NCBI GenBank assembly: GCA_002422025.1
Contig: DISV01000005.1
Coordinates: 51,617 to 115,616 of the forward strand
Direction of reading: 5' to 3'
DNA length: 64,000 bases
DNA from: Patescibacteria group bacterium UBA6201
Lineage (GTDB): Bacteria > Patescibacteriota > Minisyncoccia > Phycocordibacterales > UBA918
Shown: positions 32,301 to 38,222 of the stretch, piece by piece
Layout of the letters: every line of letters begins with the position of its first letter
Numbering within the stretch: the stretch's first letter is position 1
Notes under the pieces: model-generated
Database searches by the model: none
Told to the model about the DNA's origin: nothing
What the model saw: the letters and a program-made list of their open reading frames with translations, nothing else
Position numbers and translations under genes: made by a program

Positions 32301-32726
32301 TTCTTTGCGAATCGGGTAAGCACTAAGGAGTTATGTGTTGGGGACGGCAGTGGGGCGGAGACCTGTATCACTAAGAGTCAACTAGATTCGCTATTACAAA
32401 GTGCGGCGGTAGGTAGTTCAAACAGTGGGGGAGAAGGAGGTGGTTCTTCCACTCCAGAACCCCTTCCTCCAGTAGACACCACTACTCCTGAACCAACCAC
32501 TAACGATACTGCTGCAACTACGACTACAGACGTAACTACCGACACTACCACAACTACAGACGGAACCACAGACACACCATCACCCGACAATGGAACGATA
32601 ACCGACACTGAACCAGTTCCAGAACCTACGCCTGAACCAGCTCCCGATCCAGAACCAGAGTCAGCTCCGGAACCGGCGCCAGAACCTACTCCAGAACCTA
32701 CTCCAACCCCAGCTCCAACGGAATAA
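23364..32726 (+). CDS. Giant (3120 aa) membrane-anchored repetitive surface fibre: N-terminal cytoplasmic HTH_17-like domain, one TM helix, repetitive ectodomain, tail-fibre-like module with C-terminal S74 intramolecular chaperone domain, Pro/Thr/Glu-rich tail
   Basis: It is a single uninterrupted 9363-nt ORF. The frame-1 GTG is at 23364 and the ATG at 23367. The HTH is LSVKEAATVSSYTTAHVTRLAQKGLITAVRDGRQWLIDPISL. The TM is AVVSAVFTTCVALLFSLGSVY (~aa 109-129). Repeats and the C-terminal module are listed separately. Confidence 0.85.
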   Translation: MMSDSTEPSNVDTSKSTKFLSVKEAATVSSYTTAHVTRLAQKGLITAVRDGRQWLIDPISLQKFVWDTEEKKKVRKEQLRKERVEELHLSSTGQTLEDSDEEFSIFDVRTAVVSAVFTTCVALLFSLGSVYDQNEQIFAGSTVVSGVERLSYDFKDRVLPRTRDLSATTLLSAPIATYSGKVLESLWCDLKLLWYKNDSCGAPAIEYAILPIINNRDADPETNVTVNNTYITNPVEREVVEREIVREVFVQDGQLSFASYITRTEYDNQVDAIMRSIENIDTSGGGGGTSNVASLEDLSDVAAMTESTGDLLIWTGSTWSNIATSSLGISGGSGAVDSVNGQTGVVVLDTGDVSENGNLYFTNARARESLSSSATGLSYATSTGVFSLTAGYTIPLTASTTEWSNTTNLVTAGSASWDAAAASTTALTPSYLRGLFSNSATGLTYDSGTGATSLTSGYTIPLLASTTEWVTAYGWGDHSLQNYIQQNDNVVFGNATTTSLVVSNNITTSLNDGCVEVAGGILTSTGSNCGIGSGGITSLNGLTTSSQSFATSTSGGLDLSITSSSGVHTFTAGLSAGYTIPLSASTTEWANTRNIVNASSTLWDTAYSWGDHSTAGYLTTIASSTIRNMFSNTATGLTYDSGTGITSLTAGYTIPLTASTTEWSTTYGWGDHSIAGYLTEVATTTVRSMFSTGTGLSYSTTTGEFINTGVLSLGGLTGAVATSSLHVSTSTYAFTSGTSSIALSLDGFNSTDYLTLSAWYATTTDALDEGLNNLYFTNARARESLSSSATGLSYATSTGAFSLTAGYTIPLTASTTEWSNTANLVTAGSASWDAAAASTTALTPAYLRGLFSNSATGLTYDSGTGATSLTAGYTIPLTASTTEWATAYGWGDHSAVGYLVSGDIDTSSELLTIVSDETGTGSLVFNASPTFTGNTTLANASTTNLTVSGNSYLGTVASGTWNGTDIDISDYTNLSVTATGLSLSGDAVALTAGYIIPLSASTTEWSTAYGWGDHSIAGYLTNITGESLEDLTDVATMTKSTGDLLSWNGSSWTNVATSSLGFNDHDSVTLAGENYLSLATQQITANAINPDNLASADFGDFTCNGTTCSFDTDSVSDNEIDYTTVTLNDLTFDVGNVSKTEFGYLDGVTSAIQTQLDSKLSTTTAASTYLTINNNLSDLASTTVARTNLGLGTVALLNSIDISDNTNLSVSATGLSLSGDAVALTAGYTIPLSASTTEWSTAYGWGDHSIAGYLTNITGESFYDLVDTQSSYTANRVLYQGGGGVTDSANLTFDGSLFSVIGTASSTNLFTTNATTTNITASGHATLATASSTNFTVSGNSYIGTVLGGAWQGSAIGVQYGGTGASTFTAGEILVGNGTGAITSTSTANLKATLGLNNVENTALSTWAGSSNITTLGTIVSGVWNGTTIDVAHGGTGATTLTGLLLGNGTGAFTATTTLSSSYIEDAYVLNTGDSISGNLTFSGLAANIVLGSNWLSGDGGDEGLFVDSVGKVGIGTASPTAALSITNDGTSDLDVLLDNGTVQGVFELQSNSVARLGTITNHSFEFVTNNSTRFKVTNAGNIGIGSTSPSSKLTVQGDTWIGGNITATGTLNITDHSTLTTASTTNLTVSGNSYLGTVASGTWNGTDIDISDYTNLSVSATGLELSGDAIALTAGYTIPLTASTTAWNTAYSWGDHSIAGYLTNITGESLEDLTDVAAMTKSTGDLLSWNGSSWTNVATSSLGITGTSDGVASSSVAFSVHKNGTNQTVTANTFTLLTWSTEVFDTNNNFDLTTERFTPTVAGKYIATVASFCNDSTTNCQVAIYKNGVLYSKNVNVDPNNTGSMVTTIVDMNGTTDYLEAYGYDGGGTTISGAAEVTYFSGALIAPANGLAGGWSNDGTQSYLADYTDLVAIGTSTAAAKLDVWGSAGSTDILGISSSTGSRLLTVTSNGNVGIGTTTPSSKLSVYGDVLLEGSSRYLNFGSTAGTSGYGIRDNAGTIEFKNSGGSWTGIGTGTGSTGSSSVAFSVHKNSTAQTVTSATVTLLTWSTELFDTNNNFDLTTERFTPTVAGKYTVTLSAFCDNGTTGCAVYIYKNNVLVNQGYTGSNVATGVAAVTAIIDMNGTTDYLEAYVFNNNGTTINGGKHVTYFSGALIAPANGLAGGWSNDGTQSYLADYTDLVAIGTTTAAAKLDVWGSAGSTDILGISSSTGSRLLTLTSGGNLGLGTTTPSSKLSIQGTGNLLSLFDTAGNSIFNIASATTSTSTLATNLAITGNLSLSGSLYDSTSSAGSSGMVLQSTGSGTQWVATSSLGITGGTDGVASSSVAFSVHKNGTNQTVTSNVETLVTWSTEDFDTNNNFDLSTERFTPTIAGKYIVTVAVRCDSATTFCQARLRKNGSGISTRYEYTAGGGTPPTTVTATVDMNGTTDYLDVMATNSGGTTINGGAEYTYFSGALIAPANGLAGGWSNDGTQSYLADYTDLVAIGTTTATAKLDIWGSAGSTDILGISSSTGSRLLTVTSNGNLGIGTSSPTYKLDVAGGYINVDGNSGGYKISGNTILQASSTNFSTLVGNGAGTVLQATGLYNTAVGYQSLNVATSSTYNTAVGYQSLFSDTSGGSNTATGYKALYSNTTGGFNTALGRESLYSNTTGVANTAYGYKSLYSNTTGSYNVASAYQALQSNTTGSYNMALGRQALYSNTSGQGNTAVGFRTGYGDGSTLNQQSVVDEYITLIGYQASRDASVASTTSLTNSVAIGYNARFLASNQVVLGNDSVTSTLLKGNVSIGTTTNAVAGGTAAFLNIDRSSAGAFAVGTYINLTTSASHFGFANPNGLVGTINTSASATTYNTTSDRRTKENITETVLGLDALMQLPIRDFSFIKDTTHATTSGFIAQELYEIFPWAVSTNGDNGIDPLTGTSTPWSVDYGRVTPLIARAVQELNLKLEDLATTSLYADLEADSFTKSFFDKLIAWFADATNGIENFFANRVSTKELCVGDGSGAETCITKSQLDSLLQSAAVGSSNSGGEGGGSSTPEPLPPVDTTTPEPTTNDTAATTTTDVTTDTTTTTDGTTDTPSPDNGTITDTEPVPEPTPEPAPDPEPESAPEPAPEPTPEPTPTPAPTE
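24436..28600 (+). repeat. Intragenic array of ~10 copies of a 40-65-aa motif (..SATGLTYDSGTGATSLTAGYTIPLTASTTEW.TAYGWGDHS..)
   Basis: The DNA motif ggctacac(c/t)atcccact(c/t) recurs near 24533, 24732, 25093, 25313, 25775, 25975, 26340, 27043 and 28385. It includes a ~370-nt segment duplicated at ~90% nt identity (24436-24800 vs 25680-26045). There are also three copies of a ~100-aa module GTWNGTDIDISDYTNLSV.ATGL.LSGDA.ALTAGY.IPL.ASTT.W.TAY.WGDHSIAGYLTNITGES (26230, 26960, 28280). Confidence 0.85.
28585..30965 (+). repeat. Three tandem ~810-900-nt (~270-300 aa) intragenic repeat units
   Basis: Each unit starts SLGITG.SDGVASSSVAFSVHKNGTNQTVT (28585, ~29395, 30291). Each contains ..FDTNNNFDLTTERFTPTVAGKY..DMNGTTDYLEAY..YFSGALIAPANGLAGGWSNDGTQSYLADYTDLVAIGT and ends ..SNGN(V/L)GIGTTTPSSKLSV. 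Several 100-nt blocks are almost identical at the nt level (e.g. 29010-29110, 29815-29915, 30720-30820). Confidence 0.85.
31110..31480 (+). repeat. Tandem 48-51-nt repeats encoding ~8 copies of a 16-17-aa N-T-A-x-G-Y-x-(S/A)-L-Y-S-N-T-T-G motif (tail-fibre / YadA-head-like beta-solenoid repeat)
   Basis: YNTAVGYQSLNVATSST / YNTAVGYQSLFSDTSGGS / NTATGYKALYSNTTGGF / NTALGRESLYSNTTGVA / NTAYGYKSLYSNTTGSY / NVASAYQALQSNTTGSY / NMALGRQALYSNTSGQG. Confidence 0.8.
31900..32200 (+). other. Peptidase S74 / C-terminal intramolecular chaperone (auto-cleaving) domain of phage tail-fibre / tail-spike type
   Basis: TSDRRTKENITETVLGLDALMQLPIRDFSFIKD....SGFIAQELYEIFPWAVS....VDYGRVTPLIARAVQELNLKLEDL. This matches the SD(R/K)xxKxNI...LxxLxxLxV..Y.yk......hiGfIAQEv..v.P consensus of endosialidase / T5 L-shaped-fibre chaperone domains. 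Confidence 0.7.
32430..32723 (+). repeat. Low-complexity Pro/Thr/Glu/Ala-rich C-terminal tail (TPEP/PEPT repeats)
   Basis: ...TPEPLPPVDTTTPEPTTNDTAATTTTDVTTDTTTTTDGTTDT...EPVPEPTPEPAPDPEPESAPEPAPEPTPEPTPTPAPTE*. Confidence 0.8.
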
Positions 32727-32748
32727 TCGTTAGTGTATAATTGCTTTT

Positions 32749-33306
32749 ATGGAACTAGATAAGGCGATAGAGGCATTGCTTTTTTATAAAGCTGAGCCAA
32801 TAAAAAAGGCGGTTTTAATGAAAACTTTAGAAGTGGGGGAGGGGGAGCTTGTCGCTGCCTTGGAAGTGCTCAAAGAGCGCTTGCAAGGTGGTGCAACGAC
32901 ACTCATCACTACTGAAGAGGACGTGTCTTTAGTAGTCGGTCCACAATTTGACGATTTGGTCGAGAGTATTCGTAAAGACGAAATGAAGCGTGGTATTGGT
33001 CGGGCCGGTGCCGAGACCTTGGCCATAGTGATGTATCGCGGTCCAATTGGTCGCGTTGAGATTGATCGTATTCGTGGTGTTAACTCTTCATATATATTAC
33101 GTAACCTGGAGATGCGTGGGTTGGTGGAGAGGCGAGTAGGTAAGAGGCAGAACGAATTCGTCATTACAACTGAGCTACTTCGTCATTTGGGGATACGAGA
33201 AAAAACTGAAATGCCAGATTATGCTAAGGTACTAGACGCGCTTGAAGCCTTCGAAAACAGTGCATTTCCAAACGACGAATCTCTGCGTCAGACTGCAGAA
33301 AAATAA
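32749..33306 (+). CDS. scpB: Segregation and condensation protein B
   Basis: 185 aa. Two winged-helix repeats (IEALLFYKAEPI...; ETLAIVMYRGPIGRVEIDRIRGVNSSYILRNLEMRGLV). Confidence 0.85.
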   Translation: MELDKAIEALLFYKAEPIKKAVLMKTLEVGEGELVAALEVLKERLQGGATTLITTEEDVSLVVGPQFDDLVESIRKDEMKRGIGRAGAETLAIVMYRGPIGRVEIDRIRGVNSSYILRNLEMRGLVERRVGKRQNEFVITTELLRHLGIREKTEMPDYAKVLDALEAFENSAFPNDESLRQTAEK

Positions 33307-33530
33307 GTTTAACGTATATTGAATACGTCGCACTTATTTTTCCTTGTCTGACTTGACCTTCATTCATTTTCAAAAGCACCAAGAAGAGGATATTATTGAA
33401 AACGACGAATCTCTGCGTCAGGCTACGGAAAATTAATCTCAATGTATGAGATATACGCCTCGTTTAATTTTCCTTACCTTCCTTGACCTTTATTCGTTTT
33501 GAAAATCACCACAGAGGAAGTATAAAAAAT
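33271..33530 (+). repeat. 128/132-bp tandem duplication spanning the last 36 nt of scpB and the downstream terminator-like hairpin
   Basis: Unit 1 is 33271-33398 and unit 2 is 33399-33530. Both begin aacgacgaatctctgcgtcag(a/g)ct(g/a)c(a/g)gaaaa(a/t)taa. Both contain an A-run/hairpin/T-run element, then ttccttg.cttgacctt.attc.ttttcaaaa.cacca.agagga. Confidence 0.8.
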
Positions 33531-33556
33531 GAATCTCCAAATTAGACTCAATAAAA

Positions 33557-34705
33557 ATGACTGATTTAGAAAACAACAAAATTAAAGAAGAGAGTCTGGA
33601 GGGACAGGACTTGTCTTTCGCGCTGGCCTCAGGAGCTAAAACCTCAAATATGCCAGTGCGCCGACAACTGGCTATTGTCGCACTACTCCTTATCGGGGTT
33701 TTTGGATTTGGTGCCAGTGCGTTATGGTTGGGTGGTGACGGAGGCGGTAATGATAATCAGGCGGCTTCGTTATCAGAATCAGTGGTGTCGGGAGAGGACA
33801 AAACTGATACTGAACGAATTAGTTTTGATGACCTAGAACTCTTGGCACAAGGGGCCATTGTCATAGATGTAAGCAGTGGTCGGGTACTTTACCAAAAAGC
33901 TCCAGATGAGTCATTGCCACTGGCGAGTATTACCAAACTAATGACGGCCCTGGTCGCTAGTGAGGTAGTGGAAGATGGTGCTGTCATCTCGGTAACTACA
34001 TCGGCGCTCAATCAGTCGGGGGACAGTGGGCTCGGGGAGGGTGAGCAATTTTCATATAAAAACCTATCTGACCTTATGCTCCTTATTTCCTCTAATGACG
34101 GAGCTTACGCTTTGTCGGCTTACGTCGGTGGCTCGCTTGACCAAAACTCACCGGAGGTTGCTTTCGTGAAGGCGATGAATGTGCGAGCCAAAGAACTAGG
34201 TCTCTCACAAACCTCGTTTCGTAATCCGACTGGACTAGACATATCTCCAACTGAAGCCGGAGCATACGGCAGTGCACGTGATGTAGCAAAGCTAATGGAA
34301 TATATCTTAAAAAATTCGCCTGAACTTCTCGAAGTAACCACTTATATTGATACTGCGGTTTATAATGAAGCCGGTATCTTTCATCAGGCTGATAACACTA
34401 ATTACGTTGTTGATGCTATTCCTCACACTATTGCTTCAAAGACTGGCTACACCACCCTCGCTGGAGGGAATCTGGTGGTGGCTTTCGATGCTGGTCTGAA
34501 TCGTCCGGTCATTGCGGTGGTGCTCGGCTCCACGCACCAGGGACGATTTTCCGATATATTAAAATTAGTGGAAGCAGCGAAGACTGAAATTTTAAACAAG
34601 GAAGTCAAAGCAAAGGATAATTTAAGAATGGGTAATCAGTCGTCTTTATATCAATGGGTTTTAGGTGCTTTAATAAATCGGTCAATTGATCAGCTCAACT
34701 CTTAA
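33557..34705 (+). CDS. dacA: D-alanyl-D-alanine carboxypeptidase (peptidase S11, PBP5/6-like)
   Basis: 382 aa with an N-terminal TM helix. Has SxxK (ASITK), SxN (SSNDGA) and KTG (KTGYT) motifs. Confidence 0.75.
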   Translation: MTDLENNKIKEESLEGQDLSFALASGAKTSNMPVRRQLAIVALLLIGVFGFGASALWLGGDGGGNDNQAASLSESVVSGEDKTDTERISFDDLELLAQGAIVIDVSSGRVLYQKAPDESLPLASITKLMTALVASEVVEDGAVISVTTSALNQSGDSGLGEGEQFSYKNLSDLMLLISSNDGAYALSAYVGGSLDQNSPEVAFVKAMNVRAKELGLSQTSFRNPTGLDISPTEAGAYGSARDVAKLMEYILKNSPELLEVTTYIDTAVYNEAGIFHQADNTNYVVDAIPHTIASKTGYTTLAGGNLVVAFDAGLNRPVIAVVLGSTHQGRFSDILKLVEAAKTEILNKEVKAKDNLRMGNQSSLYQWVLGALINRSIDQLNS

Positions 34706-34714
34706 CATCTCTAT

Positions 34715-35788
34715 ATGGAACTTACCCTCATTAAAGTATTTATACCAACCGCATTAGCATTCTTGATTGGCGTATTAACGACTCCGCTTATTACGCATTA
34801 TTTATATAAGTATCAAGCATGGAAGAAAAAATCTGGCAAAGGTAACGGTTATGGTGGGGGAGGGACGCCACTTTTTGACGCTCTGCATAAAGAACGTGAT
34901 ACCAACACCCCAAGGCTCGGCGGTATTGTTATTTGGTCTAGCGTGTTTTTAACGGTATTACTATTGGCCGTATTTGAATTTCTTTTTCCTGATTCTGTTT
35001 TCGGTAAGCTTAATTTTCTTTCACGGTCCCAGACATGGCTACCACTTCTGGCCCTAGCAGTGGGTGCTGTGGTTGGTTTTGCTGATGACGTACTCACTAT
35101 TCAAGGCCGAGGCAAACATTTTGCGGGCGGACTACCACTGTCACAAAGACTTATGGTGGTGACCGTTACCGCGTTTCTTTCTGCTTGGTGGTTTTTCGAT
35201 AAGCTAGAGGTGGACAGTGTTTCCATGCTCGGTTTTGGAGACGTCACTCTTGGCATTTGGTTCATTCCTTTCTTTGTGTTTGTGGCTATCTGCGTTTATT
35301 CGTCGAGTGTTATCGACGGTATCGACGGTCTAGCTGGTGGAGTGTTTATGTTTATCTTTACGGCCTATGCGGGCATCGCTTTGTGGCAAAACCAAATAGA
35401 CATCGCTGCACTTTCAGCAACTATCGTCGGTGGCATCTTGGCTTTCTTATGGTTTAACATTCCACCAGCTCGTTTCTATATGTCCGAAACGGGGGTGATG
35501 GCTCTCACGATGTCGCTCACTATCATTGCCTTCATGACGGACACCTTGGGGGAAGGGGAAGGAGTGTCGCTCTTGCCAGTGGTTGGTTTTTTACTGGTGG
35601 CTACTGTAGTGGCTAATACATTACAAATAGTTTCCAAGAAATTCTTTGGGCGAAGATTGCTTAAGATTGCGCCACTGCATCACCATTTCGAAGCCGAAGG
35701 ATGGCCACAGTATAAAGTGACTATGCGTTACTGGGTGCTCGGCTTTGTGTTAGCGATTATCGGAATGATATTAGCGATTGGAATATAA
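34715..35788 (+). CDS. mraY: Phospho-N-acetylmuramoyl-pentapeptide transferase
   Basis: 357 aa polytopic membrane protein. Has the MraY motifs DGIDGLAGG and PLHHHFE. Confidence 0.85.
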   Translation: MELTLIKVFIPTALAFLIGVLTTPLITHYLYKYQAWKKKSGKGNGYGGGGTPLFDALHKERDTNTPRLGGIVIWSSVFLTVLLLAVFEFLFPDSVFGKLNFLSRSQTWLPLLALAVGAVVGFADDVLTIQGRGKHFAGGLPLSQRLMVVTVTAFLSAWWFFDKLEVDSVSMLGFGDVTLGIWFIPFFVFVAICVYSSSVIDGIDGLAGGVFMFIFTAYAGIALWQNQIDIAALSATIVGGILAFLWFNIPPARFYMSETGVMALTMSLTIIAFMTDTLGEGEGVSLLPVVGFLLVATVVANTLQIVSKKFFGRRLLKIAPLHHHFEAEGWPQYKVTMRYWVLGFVLAIIGMILAIGI

Positions 35789-36905
35789 TCTTCATATGGT
35801 AGCTCCTAAGTCAGTTGACAGAATATTGCTCGGTATTGTGCTTACTCTGGTAGCTGGCGGTTTTTTTATTTTTTCCTCTGCTTCATTGGGACTTTTGGTG
35901 GATGGTAGTGTGAAATTTTCTTCTGTCGCCTTCAATCAAATAGTGTTAGGAATTGGTGGGGGAATGGTGGCGATGTTTATCATGAGTCGTATCTACTACC
36001 GGACTTGGCGACGTTTTGCTTTTTATATTTTCCTTTTGGCTATCGGTTCATCATTCTTGGTCTTCGTGCCAGGACTAGGTCTCGAACACGGAGGGGCTCG
36101 GCGTTGGATAGATGTGGCGGGTTTTTCCTTTCAACCAGCCGAATTCTTAAAGATTGCCTTTGTTATATATGTGGCAACTTGGTTTTCTGCTATTAAAAAA
36201 GGCAGTAATAATTTTTGGCAAAGCACTGCACCTTTTATTGCTAGCGTGTTTGTGGTCGGAGTTGTAATGTTGCTTCAAAAGGACACTGATACTTTTCTAA
36301 TTATGGTGACCGCTGGTACTACGATGTTCTTCGTTCAAAGCGGTAAGTGGCGCGAGATTCTAGTGATGGGTTTGGTTATGATAGCGCTGGTCGGAAGTCT
36401 CGCTTTCGTGCACGATTATGTTAAAAATCGACTACTAGCATTCGTTAATTCTGATTATGATCCGCAAGGGGCTGGCTACCAGGTGAAGCAATCTTTGATA
36501 GCGGTTGGCTCCGGCGGAGTGTGGGGAAGGGGATTTGGTCAAAGTGTACAGAAATTTGAGTATCTACCTGAACCAATCGGAGACTCGATTTTTGCTGTCT
36601 ACGCGGAGGAGTTTGGTTTCGTTGGGGCCTTTATCCTCATCATGCTCTTTGCTGGATTTGTTTTTCGTGGCTATCGACTCGCGACCCATGCACCTGACGA
36701 CTTCGGAATGCTTCTGGTAGTCGGCTTAGTCACAATGATTGTCCTTCAGGCTTTTTTACATATAGCAGCGATGGTGAAATTTGCTCCGATGCTCGGACTG
36801 CCGCTGCCTTTCATTAGTCATGGCGGAACGGCTATGTTGATGACCTTGGCAGCGGTAGGGGTTATTTTGAATGTCTCTAAATACCAAAAGAACTTCAAGC
36901 GTTAG
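35778..36905 (+). CDS. ftsW: SEDS-family peptidoglycan glycosyltransferase FtsW/RodA
   Basis: 375 aa, ~10 TM. SEDS signatures (QPAEFLKIAF; GGTAMLMTLAAVGVILNVS). It lies in an mraY-ftsW-murG context. Confidence 0.8.
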   Translation: MEYNLHMVAPKSVDRILLGIVLTLVAGGFFIFSSASLGLLVDGSVKFSSVAFNQIVLGIGGGMVAMFIMSRIYYRTWRRFAFYIFLLAIGSSFLVFVPGLGLEHGGARRWIDVAGFSFQPAEFLKIAFVIYVATWFSAIKKGSNNFWQSTAPFIASVFVVGVVMLLQKDTDTFLIMVTAGTTMFFVQSGKWREILVMGLVMIALVGSLAFVHDYVKNRLLAFVNSDYDPQGAGYQVKQSLIAVGSGGVWGRGFGQSVQKFEYLPEPIGDSIFAVYAEEFGFVGAFILIMLFAGFVFRGYRLATHAPDDFGMLLVVGLVTMIVLQAFLHIAAMVKFAPMLGLPLPFISHGGTAMLMTLAAVGVILNVSKYQKNFKR

Positions 36906-37100
36906 TGATTTGTTATATTGAATACGTAGAGGCGTAGCCTAGGGTAGGCCGTGTTATTATGGAAAGGTTAAATTCTTTATGAGTCCCGTTAGAAATAGCG
37001 GACACGTTATAATACATGAAGCACAATTGGTCGAATCAAATTATTAAAATTTATCTAGCGATGTGGACAGTTCACACGTCCGCGTCCTATTTCTAACGGG

Positions 37101-38222
37101 ATGAGAATAGTACTAGTAGGCGGTGGAACTGGCGGACACTTTTACCCGTTAATGGCGGTTGCAGAAGCTGTGCGCGAGCGTGACCAGGGGGAGGGAAGAG
37201 AGACCGAGCTTTTTTATATGGGTCCAGATGCATATAGCGTCGAATCCCTAAGTGCTCTCAATATTAAACTCGTACGTTGTCCGGCTGGCAAGAAACGCAA
37301 TTATTTTTCACTCTTGAATTATTTGGATGGTTTCAAAACTCTCTATGGAGTGATGGTGGCTTTTGTAAAATTATTGAAACTCTATCCCGATGTTGTTTTT
37401 AGTAAGGGTGGATATACGAGTGTGCCGATTACTATTGCTGCGTCACTCTTACGTATCCCAGTCGTGATTCATGAGTCAGACGCTGTTCCGGGGCGCGCTA
37501 ATAAGCTGGCTGCGCGCTTTGCTCGCATTATTGGTATTGCTCATGCAGAAGTCGCCGATTTCTTCCCAAAGGAAAAGGTGATTAATGTGGGAATGCCAAT
37601 TCGGCGCGCCTTTATGCAACCAATCAATAATCCACACGCCGTGCTTGGTATAAGTAAGGATCGGCCAGTCATCCTAGTGACTGGAGGATCGAGTGGCGCA
37701 GAACGATTAAATAACTTTGTTCTAGCTGCCTTATCAAAACTTCTTGCCACTTACACCGTCGTGCATCAAGTAGGGGATAATAACGTACAAAAGGTCTCTT
37801 CAGCCGCCACATCGTTGTTCACTGATCAATCAGCCTTATCCCACTATTATTTGTTTGGACATTTACCACAGGAAAAATTTGCAGCGGCTTTTCAGGCAGC
37901 TGATTTAATCGTGACACGAGCGGGTAGTACCACATTGTTCGAAATCGCTTTAAATAAAAAGCCAGCCATCTTGGTTCCGATACCAGAGGAGATAAGTCGT
38001 GATCAGCGCAGTAATGCCTATGCTTATGCTCGTATCACTGGCGCCACAGTCCTCGAGGAGCATAATCTTAGTGATGATATTTTAGTGGCTGAGATAAACA
38101 GAATATTGGGAGACCGCGAGTCCTATGAAAGAATGGTGGAGGGAACCAAGGCTTTGACATCGGACCAGGCGGCGTATAAGCTGGCTGATATATTGATCGA
38201 AATCGGACACTCACACGAGTAA
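37101..38222 (+). CDS. murG: UDP-GlcNAc:undecaprenyl-PP-MurNAc-pentapeptide GlcNAc transferase
   Basis: 373 aa. N-terminus MRIVLVGGGTGGHFYPLMAVAEAV. C-terminal GT28 domain present. Confidence 0.9.
   Translation: MRIVLVGGGTGGHFYPLMAVAEAVRERDQGEGRETELFYMGPDAYSVESLSALNIKLVRCPAGKKRNYFSLLNYLDGFKTLYGVMVAFVKLLKLYPDVVFSKGGYTSVPITIAASLLRIPVVIHESDAVPGRANKLAARFARIIGIAHAEVADFFPKEKVINVGMPIRRAFMQPINNPHAVLGISKDRPVILVTGGSSGAERLNNFVLAALSKLLATYTVVHQVGDNNVQKVSSAATSLFTDQSALSHYYLFGHLPQEKFAAAFQAADLIVTRAGSTTLFEIALNKKPAILVPIPEEISRDQRSNAYAYARITGATVLEEHNLSDDILVAEINRILGDRESYERMVEGTKALTSDQAAYKLADILIEIGHSHE

Noticed and set aside
23483-32608. Dozens of 60-165-aa ORFs on both strands inside the giant gene.
   Set aside because: All are embedded in the single continuous 3120-aa frame. 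They are Thr/Ser/Pro-rich shadows produced by the repetitive sequence.
23364-32726. Giant fibre gene as part of a prophage (tail-fibre and S74 chaperone content, and a recombinase elsewhere in the window).
   Set aside because: The flanks are gatB and scpB and no capsid, terminase or portal genes are present. The N-terminal TM anchor and HTH are not phage-fibre features. The gene is more likely a cellular gene using a phage-type folding module.
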